A DNA stretch of 64,000 nucleotides from Epiperipatus broadwayi (taxonomy: Eukaryota; Animalia; Onychophora). The first letter of the stretch is position 1, and each line of letters opens with the position of its first letter. The notes under the pieces were generated by a model. It saw only the letters and a list, made by a program, of their open reading frames with translations. It made no database searches and was not told the origin of the DNA. This document shows, one piece after another, positions 11,872 to 25,480 of this stretch. The DNA is taken from contig JAQFVV010000010.1 of assembly GCA_028023455.1 (NCBI GenBank), positions 6,448,001-6,512,000 on the forward strand, read 5' to 3'. Position numbers and translations under genes: made by a program.

Positions 11872-14325
11872 GGTACTTACATATTAGTCCTGTGACACAG
11901 AGCATGTTTTAGACATGCTGCACCTTTTCACATTCGTATCAATCCGCTGATAACTTCTTTATAATCTTGTGATCTGACCAAAAAAACATGTACGCAGATC
12001 TTGTACATGATATTTTTGCAAAAATTTTTTTTATAAAATAATGTGTACACGGATCTTTTGTACATGATATTTTCCCAAGAAAAGTTATCGGCAGATTCAA
12101 TATGTATGTGAAAAGAGACGGCATGTCTAATACATGCTTCGTGTCACAGAACCAATACATTTACTAACATTACTAAACATGTAAAATTAGATTAAACAGT
12201 TCATTTTTTAAGCAATTCATACGAGATGCCATAAAATCAATATGTCGTATACAACTTATCATGGGAGAAATACAAAGATGCACCATACCAAACATAAATT
12301 TTGACTGAAAAAATCGATATTAAACAGTTCATTTTTAAGCAATTAAAACGAGACGACAAGGGGCAGCATATCATATATGACTTATCGTAGGAGAAATGTA
12401 CATATTAAACAGTTCATTTTAAGAAATTAATATTAGACATCATAAAATCAATATGTATGTCAAGAGGGGCAGCATGTATTATACGACTTATCACAGGAGA
12501 AATATACATTTAATAACGCTACTAAACATAAAAAAATTTGACCAAAAAAACACCCTAAATTACAAAGACATGATTACAAAAAAAAAGCATGAAATATATA
12601 CGACATTTTCACTAAATATATATGAAATTTAGACAAAAAACTACATGACATAATATATGACCAAAAAAAAATCGCTAAATTACAAAGATTCCCTGATATA
12701 TGATTTTAAAAAAAAGCATGAAATATATGTGACATTTTCACTAAATCTATACAAAATTTAGATTAAAAACTATGACTAAATTACCTAAATTTCTAAAATA
12801 TTATTTATGAAAACAAATTATACACATATGTTACTGTACAATAAATAAATGTAAGTGGTCTGTTGAACTTTATTAATAGGCCGATCAAATTTTTCACGTA
12901 CAATAGAGATTTCAAGTAAAAATTTTACACTTTTCCCCTCCAAAATGAAAACATGACTGTGGAGAAATGATCATGTGAATGGGATTTAAACATTTTTTAA
13001 AAAATCAAACAAAAAAAAAACATTTTGCCACAAAATAAAAAAAAAAACATACACAACTTTTATTAGTAATTTATATTGGCGGACAATTATTTTTTATATC
13101 GTTCAATATGCAAATGAATCTAAACTCATCTTTACAACACCTACACCATATAAATTAGGCCAAATATGAATCAAGGTGTTGCCGAGATGTCCCTCATTAC
13201 TGCTTATTACGCCATTTCACGGAATCCCAAAGTCTTTCCATATTTTGGATATGAACGCCTGTTTCTAGATTGACGAAATTATACTTGAGATTCATATGAA
13301 AATGGTCATACCAGCAGCTCTCAAATCTTCACTTTCGTATGCCTTCCAACAATCGGAATATATGGTCAAACCCTCGTTTACATTTTGCTTGATGGCTTCC
13401 ATGAGAGTTGCCACTGTCCTATCACTAATTCTAATAATAAAACATTCACCAGTATCTCTGCACAAGCCATCAAACATTGACTGTTCAGGAAGAATGCACC
13501 GGATTGGTTTTTCCTTTTGGAAAATAAGCTCTTGTCTATCGCTGATTTTGTCAGGTCCTCCAATTTTTCGTCCTTCACAGTGAATCATGGCAGTCGTACA
13601 AACTTCCCTCATGTATATCACCGTCTTATATGCTAAGCCGAATTATATTTTGCCCCATTCTATGGATATTCATTTCCAAGCCCAAACTATATATAAATCA
13701 TATGGCTGTTAGAAATGGGATTCTCGAACCCTTCAACCACGTTCCCTTCCAGATGCCAATTCTACTGTTGTATCCTTGAATGTTGCAATGCCATTGCCTG
13801 TCCGATGTATAAATGTAAATGGTCATAGGAAGGGCATTTGGACACATTTTTTGAGATGGCAGGATTCCTTTTTCTTGGAAATAGAACATGGCATCCATTT
13901 CAGTTGATGGCAGATTCCAAATTGTCATCATTTTTGGATTGTTCGACAAACAACAACAACAAAAAAGCATTTAATTATGAAAATTATGCAATGGAAATCA
14001 AAACGAAAGTACAGTTATTTATTCACTTACAATCAACTTAATTAAGCAATGATGAAATTGAAACAAACAATAACTATGGAGAAAAAATACAATGACAGAA
14101 AAATTGCTACTAAAATCACGCTGATATCAGAATGAAATCTTGACAAAAACTGGGGGAAAAAAAAGATCGGAGATCGGATAAAGAACATGTTTTTGATACA
14201 AGACATCAGGTAACGATATAGCAGAATTTATTTGATGTAATTGCAATGTTACACATTTATTGTGGATGTGAAAAGGTGCAACAGGCCTAATATGGGTTGT
14301 GTCACAGGACTAATACGTAAGTACT
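11872..14325 (-). mobile_element. Merlin (IS1016/IS1595-like DDE) DNA transposon
   Basis: ~60-bp imperfect TIRs starting GGTACTTAC; 8-bp TSD GCAAAGGC at 11864-11871 and 14326-14333; broken transposase inside; subterminal tandem repeats at about 12190-12780. Confidence 0.9.
13060..13940 (-). pseudogene. Merlin transposase pseudogene
   Basis: IGGP...ECFIIRISDRTVATL...TIYSDCWKAY, then (after a frameshift) a H.YNFVN..TGVH.QNMERLW-type segment; several stops and frameshifts. Confidence 0.88.
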
Positions 14326-15687
14326 GCAAAGGCTACAAAAAAGAAGAAGAAAACAACATCTGTGCAGAACCAAAGTGCAGCTCTGTAAGATTTCCATTCT
14401 AGTTTTGGAAGATTACACATTACCTTAGAACATCACTATTAATGTACTTTTCATGATAAATCAAACATAATTAGAATATTGAAATTCTATGCAGTAAGAA
14501 AAATAAACATGATTTGCTAACCCTAACTATATGATATATACCAGTTGCTGCCTGAATAATGTAGCTTGACTAACCTTGAAAATCACATATAAGGAGACCA
14601 GAATTGAAGAAGATATAAAAATATAGCTTATTTACCCATGGGAAAACTTTCTCATCACCTGCAACTTGTGTAGTCTGCATATTTAAGCAACAGACTAAAA
14701 GAATACCACCTGAATTAAGATACAGAGAATGGTTACTTTTTTATAACATTTCAGGCATGGACTTATATCTGTATGATAAGTTTGCAGAACTATTGAGAGA
14801 ATAATAGCAAAGACTTTTTATATTTATATGCAAATAGATAAGAAGCTTCCATAATCTATGAATTTCATACACATATTTTATTACATAAGGAATGTGCCAA
14901 TAGCTCTTAACATGCTTTTCAGAACATCTTTATCCTCAGATCATTTTTTGATATAAACATGGTTTAAATTTGTTATTGATAAATACTAATGTATATTTCC
15001 TTTAAATGTGCATGAATACTTAACTGTGACATTCGTATTTAATCTTAATACTTTATTATTATATTTATTAGTTCATTACTTTATAATAATGTCTACGGAT
15101 AGATATGATATGTTGGACTATTTCCAGCATTTATGGATAATTTCCTGCATTCAGTCACATTATCTACAAGAAATAATGCTGTTATTTAAATGATTTATCT
15201 GTACATTCTTTTCTCTATAGTCTCATTTCCATATTTTTAAAATAGAAAATTAAAAACAATTAATTGGAAAATAAAAATGCGAATGAAGGAAAAAAGACTA
15301 ACTTCTAAAAAAAACAAACAAAAGTATTTGAAAAACAAAATAAAAAGTAAAAGGCTTTTGAAAAAGATATTTGGAATAAACCGGAGGACCTACCTTATCA
15401 GAGATGTCAAATTAATGGAAAAATATCTGATTTAGCATAAAGCATTCTAATCTTAATTTTTATATTTGATCCCAAACTCAATGTATTTGTTCTTAAATTT
15501 AAAGTACTAAAAATTTCTATTTGAAAACTAATTACGTAAATGGAAAAAAAAAAAAATTTAATAGTAATTTTGGATCAAACTATTCCTTTTTTTAAATATA
15601 AAGCTTGTTTTTTTTTTTTATTACACATAGCAATAGAATTCTTCAAGAAGTATACTACTCTTTCTTATTGCATTGCCAAATGTATAT

Positions 15688-15959
15688 CATATAATACTAA
15701 ATTGTCCAAGAACTTTACTACTGTTACAATATGCTTTATTTACCACTCTTTCTTACAGTTTACAGTTTCGATTGTCCCAGCAGTCTTCTTCTTCAGAAGA
15801 TTTTTTTAAAAAAAAATTTGATTGTAACACTTGAGGTTAGGAGATATAAAGTTCTGAAGAAGATTGCTGGGGCAATCGAAACTGTAAACTGTAAGAAAGG
15901 ATGGTAAATAAAGCATTGTATAACAGTAGTAAAGTGCTTGGACAATTTAGCATTATATG
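15688..15959. mobile_element. Palindromic PLE-derived mini-element with hammerhead-like motifs
   Basis: Inverted arms about 15688-15800 and 15852-15959. Plus arm reads AGTT-CTGAAGA-A-GATTGC/GCAATC-GAAA-C-T-GTA-AACT. Confidence 0.7.
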
Positions 15960-16034
15960 GTAACAAAAGAATTCTTTTAAAACTGTCTATAGCAAAATCT
16001 TATTTTCTCTCGAGGAGATGAAACTAGTACTAAC

Positions 16035-16121
16035 TTTAATATTATCTGAAATTCCTTTGTCATTAATGCACTGCACCTCAGTCTCATATGAATACAGAAG
16101 ACCTGGAACTAGGAAAGGCAC
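16035..16121 (-). CDS. BBS1: BBS1 exon (VPFLVPGLLYSYETEVQCINDKGISDNIK)
   Basis: ttctag acceptor, GTTAGT donor, 87 nt; matches BBS1 VPLLVPGLNY...KGISDIIK. Confidence 0.95.
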
Positions 16122-16899
16122 CTAGAAAAAATAAAATAAATTTGTAAATTCATAAAATTAAAAACAAACCATATTTTCTATAGTAAATTAAATTAATACT
16201 ATGTAAATTCCAATTAAATATTTATTTTTAATTTTTTTTTTTACATATTTGTGAATCTATTCATTTATGATTTTAGGAAGAAAAATTTATCAAAAAATTA
16301 AATGATGAAATCTGGAAAAAAAAAGTAAATAAATAGAAGAGTGAGAAATATCTGATGATTCCGAAAATAAAACAGAATAAACCCTTTATGTATATATATA
16401 TGCATGCATATGCAATGCAAATCAAAAAATTGTTAAGAAATGGAAAACTTATTAGTAACAATCAAAGGGATATCATTTAAGTACTGCAACCTACCTTTGA
16501 GACAAAGCATAGGTAAAGTTTTTGATCATATTGGATTTGGTCCGTTTGGAAACAATTGGTCATGTTGTTTATAAAGATGAACAACTGTTTAATTTATACT
16601 ATGAACAAACATGAAAAAAGTCATCTTTAATAAAAACTTCAGGAGGGAAATAAACAGTGACTTAATTTCATAAAAAGCTATCTTGGGTAAAACTATCCAT
16701 CAAAATTCTATAATCACAACTTTCATTAGAAAAAAAAAATCACCAACATAAACTCAAGAGTTACTTCTCTAAAAAATTAAAAAACAAAAACTATATTAGT
16801 CTGGCAAAATACTAATATTAACATGATGCAATGTATAGTTAATATCTGATAAGGTACTAAACATAGCATAATATTTTTATATTTATAATACAATGAAAA

Positions 16900-18360
16900 T
16901 CCTCTTCCAATATGTCTAGATGAGGCAATTCAAAACTCAAATGAGACCTAGGATATGCAATCAAATTCAAGGAATATGTAGATAATAGAAATATATTCCA
17001 ACTCCTGCAGTTTTGCAAGAATCCTTCAAACATTTTTATTATTATTATTAATTATTCACACAGTTGATATTTAAAGTGAATTTCTATTTACATGGCCACT
17101 GAAAGCTAGATTAAATGATTTTTATATTTCTCATTTGGTCAGAATTTTACAGGATGTTATGAAAAATTGTCAAGAATCATGTGTAAAGAATAATTCTTAC
17201 AGTAAATAGTAACAGTGTCCGCCCAATACTCAAAGATCCTAGTACAATGATGTCAAATGCATAATTAGTACACCAATACTATTAAATAATATATTTTTAC
17301 ATTTAGACCATGCAGATCCAATGAACAAATATATCTTCCTGGTCACAATTGATTCTTATTCAAAATGGGCAGAATATAAGCTTGTTAAAAACACAAACAG
17401 AGTGTACTATTTATGCCTTAAAAGAGATCTTTGAGGGCCAAGGTTTTCCAGAAACAATAGTATCAGACAATGGGACAGGATTTACATCACAAAAGTTCCA
17501 GTAGTTTTTATCCATTAAAAGATAAAACACATACCACCCTTATCACCCTGAATCAAATGGTTTAGCTGAAAAAGCAGTGCAATATTTGAAAGTGACACTG
17601 AATAAAACATCTCACAAAGACATACATGAAACTTTGATTGATGTGATGTTTTATCAACATTTCACCCCTAGTGTATTAACAATGAAAACACCAGCTGAAC
17701 TGTTGCTGCATCACAAGTGTCACACACACATAATGAAGATGTTACCAAATAAAAAAGTTATTGTGAATAATAATTTTGATGTTGAAAAGTTTAAAATAGG
17801 TGATTTAGTGCGGAGTCATGATATTTTAAAAGAGAAGTGGTTTCCTGCTGCTGTCATAGAAGTCCTCTCTAAGTATATTCGAGTAGTTAAATTGAATAAT
17901 GGAAAAATTTTGAAGAGACACATCAATCATTTATGATTTTGGCAGAATGAAATAATAGGTGCAGATAATGCCCAAATTACATTACACAATAAACTGTGGA
18001 CTTCTAATAAAAAAGAGCCTGCTGTCATTTCTTCAGAATTTCAAAACAAAGAAATGCCCATAGCTAATTAAACTGATCAACTAGATCTAGCAGGAATAAG
18101 TGCACAGGCAGCCGATCAGATTCTGGAACCAGATCCAGTGGATGTAGTGGATAATAAAGAAGAAGAAAGAGATTTACTTCACACCAGAGTTAGACAACAA
18201 CTAACAAGATTGCAGGATTATTTTTTGTAATCGGGAAGAGTATTTTTTATAGTGGGGGAAAAATGGACTTTTCTGTGTCTTATATATATATATTTATTGT
18301 AAATAAAGTTTAATAAAATCTTGTATTATACATACAGAGTACATTAAAATTATTATCAGT
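16900..18360 (+). mobile_element. Decayed Ty3/gypsy integrase and 3' end
   Basis: HADPMNKYIFLVTIDSYSKWAE, ETIVSDNGTGFTSQKF, ESNGLAEKAVQ (D,D-35-E motifs); ends RLQDY; purine tract gtgggggaaaaa near 18250. Boundaries approximate. Confidence 0.8.
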
Positions 18361-18516
18361 ATAAATGTACTCTAAAAAATTAGCATAAAGCTGAAAATCT
18401 GGATTTGATATTGAGCAAGGTCAATATATTTAAATGAGCGCTGCTACATATTCTGAACTGCATAAATATAACCGGATATGTTCTAGCAGTGGCAAAACAA
18501 CATTTATACAATCATG

Positions 18517-18993
18517 TAAGTAATTTAGATTGCGCTTTATGCAAAAAAGTGAAGCTTGTCTCAATCTTATTAAAAAATTTTATGGCTTAGCGCTTTCAGA
18601 GACCTTGAGTCTCCATAATCATAGCCTACTTTTAACTGAAGTTTAGCTGCTGTTTATGTAAATTTTATGCAAATTTTATAACGACGATTTTCTGGAGATT
18701 TCAAAGCATGATTCTTTCCGGTTTATTGCATAATTGTCATTTGCAATAAAGCACGCCTCTTTAATTTTTCGTTTCATATCATTGTGCTCAGTGCATAGTG
18801 CCTTTGCCACAATGGGTTTGAACACATGGCCTGTTGTTTTTTGGTGCTCGAAGAATATGGATCTGTTTTCAGTTAAAAGTAGGCTATGATTATGGAGACT
18901 CAAGGTCTCTGAAAGCACTACCATAAAATTTTTTAATAAGATTGAGACAAGCTTCACTTTTTTGCGTAAAGCGCAATCTAAATTACTTACTAA
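18517..18993. mobile_element. Inverted PLE 3'-end pair enclosing a GIY-YIG C-terminal fragment
   Basis: Arms about 18517-18641 and 18870-18993. The spacer encodes EHQKTTGHVF...KRKIKEACFIAND (minus), homologous to 35977-36183. Confidence 0.8.
18584..18626 (-). ncRNA. Type I hammerhead-like motif with A3:U8 core variant
   Basis: GGCU / AUGAUUA / U-G-GAGAC-UCAAG-GUCUC-U / GAAA / palindromic AGCGCU / CUA triplet / AGCC. Confidence 0.55.
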
Positions 18994-20029
18994 TCAAAGG
19001 TGAAGTAGAAAACTAGTATATTATATTACAATCATGTAAGCAACAATTATGCAACCTTGTAAGCAGAAAAATATAATATGTACAATAATCATTGTAGAAG
19101 TCAGTGAAATGGTTAATCATTTCAGTTGAAGGTATTTGGAATATTTAAATAAGATTACATTTTTCTAAAGACATTCAATATTCATATTAGATGATGGAAA
19201 TACTCCAATATAAAAATACAACTAAAACATCATAATCACAAATTTTCAGGAAAATGATCATTTGATAACTTGATAAAAAAGATTAAGTAAATTAATGTTT
19301 TATTAATAATAAGTATTCCTCTTTTTTTTTGTTTTCTAAAATGCCTCATTATTTAATACATAATATACTGTACACATTTGTTTCTTTTTAAATCCTGGTC
19401 TATTATATGATCTCTTATACATTTTAACCCACCTTTTATGATAATTTCAAGTATTATACCTATAAAATATACATATCTATAATGTATTATACAATGTTTA
19501 CAATAATTTATAAATAATAACATTAATGTATAATAATTTCTTTATATAATTTATATCTTTACTTTTTTTTAAATTTATATTTTTTAGTACAATATTTTTT
19601 TTTTTCATTCTAAATTTTTCTTTTTCTTTTATTTTCAAATTATCAAGTGATTGTTTAAAAAGATCTATTGTCTTTATATATTTATCTTTAATTTTTTTTT
19701 AATTATTTATAATTATTCTCCTATAATTGTTTAAATATTAAACTCCTATTCAAAATTGATATTTTTCTTTCTATGTCCTATATACAGGGAAAAAAATTAT
19801 GTTTACCAGTGGATATACTAGATTAATAAAAAAAAGTTTATTCACTTGCTAATAATGTAAAGAATAATAAAATAAAATGAGTGAAACCACTTTAGTTTCT
19901 TTAAACAATTCCAATAATTAGCCAAATGATAATTATTCATATGCACAAACATTTTATACAAGTCCAATTATCTGTGTGTATCTGTTTACTTTGGTTTTAA
20001 CATATAGACAATTTAATCTTATTTCTATT

Positions 20030-21862
20030 ATCAGTCTTTAGTATGTGCACAACATTTCGAGAGGTATTATTCTCCCCTCTTCTTCAGGAGTCATTGGCCT
20101 GACCTGATAGTACTAGCATGGGATTCAAACCTAGACTTTTAGATTCTTGAATATTGAATTTAAAGGTAATGCTCTAACCAACTGAGCCATCCTGCCAAAG
20201 GCAAGAGTCAGTAGAAATTTCATATACTTATATATGAGGTTCCTCCTGATTTCTCCACTTTTTCCTAAGAGCAAAGTTGATTAGTGGTTTTCATACATTA
20301 TGTATAGGCACACTAGGTTGGCTTATGGGATTGTTTGCCATTGTCATGAGAGCAGCTTCTTTATATTTTCTTTTTTGTACCTTTTCAAAATCTATCCAAT
20401 ATTTTTGTATTTTCCCAATTGAACATATATTCATTGGCACAAACATGCTCTGCTACCTTAGACACATCTGTTTTCTCTCTTTTAACCATCAGTTTGTGTT
20501 CTTACAAGGGCTTTTCAATGGAACAACAGGTCTCACCAATGTATGTTCTTCCACATTTACATGGTATTTTGTAGATGCAGTTTTTTATTTTCAGCATTTC
20601 AAGTTTAGGTTTCATAGATGTTAGAATTCCTCATAGTGTAGTATGGTTCTGGAAAGCTGTTCTGATATTATACTGATTGCAGATTTCCCTTAATTTGTCT
20701 GCTATTTTTGGAATGTATGGGTACACTATAGTACCAATAATTGTTTTTTCTTTTGATGGTTCTTTTTGTTGTTTATTTAAGATTTTCTTAATAACAGTTG
20801 ACAGGTAACCATTTTTCATAAGAGTTTGTTCTATATAGATCTTTTCTTTTTCCAAATTGCTGTTTTCTGAACAAACTTCTTTTGCTCTGTCCCATAGTAA
20901 TAGTATAATACCATGTTTTGTGTTTCTGGTGTGATTGATGTATAGTTTACTGAAAACCCCACACATTCAGGAAAATACTTAGCCTATACATGCAATCATA
21001 CCAGAAACACAAAACATGGAGTTATACAAGTTTGTTCAGAAAACAGTGATTTGGAAAAAGAAAAGAGATATGTAGAACAAACTCTTATAAAAAATGTTTA
21101 TCCATCAGCTGTTATTAAGAAAACCTTAAATAGACAACAAAAAGAACAATCAAAAGAAAAAACAATTATTGGTACTGTAGTGTACCCATACATTCCAAAA
21201 ATAGCAGACAAATTAAGGAAAATCTGCAAACAGTATAACATCAGAATAGCTTTCCAGAGCCATACCACACTACAACAATTCTAACATCTAAAAGCCTAAA
21301 CTTGAAATGCTGAAAAGAAAAAACTGCATCTATGAAATACCATGTAAATGTGGAAGAACATATATTGGTAAGAACAGTTATCCCATTGAAAAGCACTTGC
21401 AAGAACACAAACTGATTAGAAAAGAGAAAACAGATGTGTCTAAAGTAGTAGACCATGTATGTGCCAATGAACATATGTTCAATTGGGAAAATACAAAAAT
21501 ATTGGATAGAGAAAAAAAGGTACAAAGAAAAAATTTAAAGAAGCTGTTCACATGACAATGGCGAACATGCCATAAGCCAACTTAGTATGACTATACCTAA
21601 TGAATGGAAACCACTAATCAATTTTGCTCTTAGGAAAAAGTGGAGAAATTGGGAGGAACCTCATAGATAAATATATGAAATTTCTACTGACTATTGATTT
21701 TGGTAGGAAGGCTCAGTTAGTTAGAGCGTTATCTTAAAATTTAAAACTCAAGAATCTAAGGGTCCAGGTTCAAATCCCATGTTAGTACTATCACTGATCA
21801 GGCCAGCAACACCTTAAGAAGAGGGGAAAGTAATATCTCTCAAAACATTGTGCATATACTAA
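20030..21862. mobile_element. Head-to-head inverted pair of 5'-truncated Penelope-like elements
   Basis: Arms about 20030-20968 (-) and 20983-21862 (+) encode the RT C-terminus and GIY-YIG (IYEIPCKCGRTYIG..HLQEH). Both end in a tRNA-like segment and a hammerhead-like tail. Confidence 0.88.
20110..20196 (-). promoter_or_regulatory. tRNA-Phe-derived Pol III A/B-box segment inside the PLE 3' region (second copy 21702-21788, +)
   Basis: A box TGGCTCAGTTGG, B box GGTT(C/T)(G/A)AATCC; GAGCGTTA and TCTAA(A/G)GGTCC match tRNA-Phe, with an insertion in the anticodon arm. Confidence 0.6.
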
Positions 21863-23982
21863 CCTGTTTGATGTGCTATTACTAACAGCTGAATGTATTT
21901 GGAATATTTAAATAAAATTAAATTTTTCTAAAGACATTCAATACTCATATTAGATGATGGAAATAGTCCAATATAAAAATACAGTCAAATAACCATGTTT
22001 GTATATAACAGATATTAAGCCTATAACAAAAGATCAAAGAAATAGATCTCTTTTCTAATACTGTCTTCAAAGTTAATTAGTAAAAAATAAAAATCTGATG
22101 TGGTACAATAAAACAAAATTCTTATTAGAAGACTAGAAAATAATGACTTAATTTTAGAGCCTGATTATAACAGCCAAAAAAAAAAAACTTCTAGAAGTTT
22201 CTCTAAATGTGGTAAATAGCAATAGTATGATTCTAAAAACTTATAACCAGATTTAACTGTAATAAAATCCTTACTAACTACTTTATGTTCCTAATTTTGG
22301 CCAAATGCTGGATTATTAATAATACAAGATGTTGAATATCTTTGAATTTAAAAACCTTGTTCCAGTATGAATCTGAGTTTTATTCACTCACTTGCTTAAA
22401 TATTATATAAAAAAACAACAACAATATACTGTACACATTTTTCTATAAATATCTAGGTATATAAATATATTAAATTCATTTTAGGATAACATAAAACTCA
22501 AGACTTATAATAATTATTAAAGCAATTTGTGAATACTTTTATTATTTTATAATTTAATCTTGGCTGTTAATTTTATATTATATTGTGTTTTATTTTAACA
22601 AAAAAAATCAGCTTTTAAAACACTAATTAAGAAATTGTTTTGAAGCAATAATCTGAGATTGGGGAACATGTAATTAAAAATGCCAATGAAAGAATGACAA
22701 AGGCAATACAAATGAATAAATCTAAAAAAAAACCATTAGAGGTCAAAGTTTACAATGATAAGATAAGCTAATGAAGAACATTAAGAACTGTATGAGAACA
22801 GAAAATTAAGAGATTGATTGAGAAGATCATGAACTATGTATAGCTTGAGAGGAAAGTAAATAAATAAATACATATTTTTTATAATAAAGAGCATTTTTAA
22901 AAACTCATATTCGCAAAAATTTAATTCTAAATAACTGAATAAATGCCGAATAGATGCACTATTAGATAATTCATAGATAAAATACAAAAGAGATATTTGT
23001 GATTCAAAATGCTACTTAAATTTTTTTTTAAAAGTATAACATTAATAAATTATTTATACTAAACAATTTTTTAATTAATGCTTTAAAAAATAAAGTTTTT
23101 CATTGAAATAAGCTCAGTACAATATAAAACTAAAATCAAGAGTTTTGGAAAAATAACAAAAATATTTAAAGAATTATTATTATAATTGTTGCATGATATG
23201 TATAATGAGTTTTCAACCCAAAGACAGGTTAGAATACCTTAGGTGATATAATAATAGTTTGCCATTTTTGTTTGACTGCCCTGCATGATTAGTATAGTGA
23301 AAGACTCTAGAGTTCAAATCCATGAACTTTAATTCAATTCTCAAATGAAAATATGATTTATAAATGAACAATTGTGGTCTTAACAATCAAAAAATAAAAC
23401 ACACACACAAAGAAATCATGTATGATGAGGATGGATAAAATACACAAATTTGTTAAAGTGGAAAAGAGAAACAATAGATCTGAAAAAAAGGATAAAACTC
23501 TGACCTTATTGGCAATGAATAAATAATGCCTGAAAATTATGATAATAATATCACAATTTTCTATAATGAATATGGAGCTTATATAGAAACCAGAATAATT
23601 CAACACATGCATCCATATAATAGATCAAAGAAAGATCCCACACAAATAATGTATACATTTTGTAACATGAAAGAGGTAATGGCCATTAATTTAACCCTCA
23701 AAAAGTTAAAATTATTTGTATCAAACATGACATAGAAACAAAACACACAAATATATATGAGTTATTGTCTATAATGCTATAAAAAGATGAGCTTGTAATG
23801 ATACATCTAGGGAAAACATATAACATAGATTCCATACTGAATAACAGATTAGCTGCACCATGATTATGTCAAATATCACTGAAAATGCATTTTGCAAGTT
23901 ACTGAACTTTGAAAGTTTATTTACTCAACAGAAAATATCAAATCATTTCAAGTATTAAGAACTTTTCACCTACATCATCTGT

Positions 23983-24327
23983 ATCTACATTTCAAAATAG
24001 CCAATTCAAAAAAGTACCTCTCTGAACGGCATGCTGCAAGGATATTAAATATTGAAACACAGGCTTATTCAAACAAAGAGTGTAAAATTTAAATAAGTAA
24101 TGATGTTAAACAGCTCCTAAACAAACGTTTACTATTCTTATACAAAGACAGACTACACATTAGCAATTTTAAATTTTGAAACTCCAAACATAGATATATA
24201 CAAAAATAATTCCAGTCTATACTACTACTTGAAGTACATATCAAATTACCATCAAACATTAAGAATATCTTTGCAGCATACAGTTCAAAGAAGTACTTTT
24301 TTGAACTGGCTGTTTTGAGATGCAGAC
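23983..24327. repeat. Diverged inverted-repeat element
   Basis: About 70-bp arms at 23983-24052 and 24258-24327 (e.g. aaaaaagtac...tgctgcaag vs ctttgcagca...gtactttttt). Confidence 0.5.
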
Positions 24328-24582
24328 TCTAATACATTTATTCACAGAGAGCATAGCTGAAAATTTCTTAATGTTTGAGATGAAATAGCAATAGGCACTA
24401 GAATTATTTTCATATATATTCACAGAAAACATTAAATAAAATCAAATAATATTTTTAAAAAAGATAAAAATTTAAATATTTGACGATTTCATGCCTTTTT
24501 CTAACCCTTAAATAAAAAGAGAATTAATATTATTTAGTAATAAAGTTGTAATTTATTTTACAAATTATTTAAATCAACTTAC

Positions 24583-24717
24583 TGAAATATAAGTATTCTT
24601 AACAGAATACAGTTTATTGTCGTAATGAAATGCAATGCATAAATTAATAGATGGCATAAAGTGAGATGTATTCTGAAGATGGACAAGAAGTTTAAAATCA
24701 GGACCTATACCTTGAAC
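24583..24717 (-). CDS. BBS1: BBS1 exon (VQGIGPDFKLLVHLQNTS...KLYSVKNTYIS)
   Basis: tttag acceptor, GTAAGT donor, 135 nt; matches BBS1 VQGLGPTFKLTLHLQNTS. Confidence 0.95.
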
Positions 24718-24922
24718 CTAAAAAAAATAATGCAATAATATATATGTATATATTATAAAGTTTATGAAATATTACTATTTTATTTCCTAATCACATTAAA
24801 ATACTTTGTACTATATTTAAAAGCTTTCTTTATTTTAAACATTATATAAAAGCACTGTATATAAAAGATAATGCTTTATGTACAAAAAACAACAACAACA
24901 AACAAACCATAAATTATCTAAC

Positions 24923-25056
24923 CTGGGCTGTGAGTTTAAGAGGATCTTCAGGATTAGATGAGATAGGATTAAGACTAGCTTCTAAAGATTTTACAAACTC
25001 TCTTGCTGTAGCAAGATGAATTCTTGCCAAATCTTGCTGAAATGCTCTGTGCATAG
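24923..25056 (-). CDS. BBS1: BBS1 exon (MHRAFQQDLARIHLATAREFVKSLEASLNPISSNPEDPLKLTAQ)
   Basis: ttttcag acceptor, GTTAGA donor, 134 nt; matches BBS1 MHRAFQTDL...PLKLHA. Confidence 0.95.
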
Positions 25057-25480
25057 CTGAAAACAGATTAAAAAAGTTATATTGTTGTAGAAAAACTTTT
25101 AAAAATATAAATAATTCATGTTTTTTGTAGCATTATACTTTTTCTAAAAAATAAAATCTATCAATTATTTTAATTAAAAGTAGTTTTATAGCAGAAGCGA
25201 TTTATAACATAAAACATTGTAAACTTATCCATTAATAACAACTGCATGAGAAATTATTCTATGGAATCCATAGCTATTAAAGAATCATATGAAATCTTTC
25301 CATCTAATAAACACAATAAAATCCAATACAAAGTAGTTGGCAATATATAGATATTTAAAATCTAAAATACAAAGTATATTTAAATAAAAATTAAACTGCT
25401 CTCTATCTGCCACATTCAACAGTTTTTTGTCAATGGGAAAAAGGTCATTTTCTTTTGTGTTTCAGATTAAATATATATAG

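Noticed and set aside
14620-14805. Stop-free plus frame GKTFSSPATCVVC...YDKFAELLRE*
   Set aside because: No start codon or splice signals and no recognisable family; it sits among decayed TE sequence.
20277-21525. ORFs 20277..20624 (+) and 21241..21525 (-) as genes
   Set aside because: They are antisense shadows of the PLE GIY-YIG arms.
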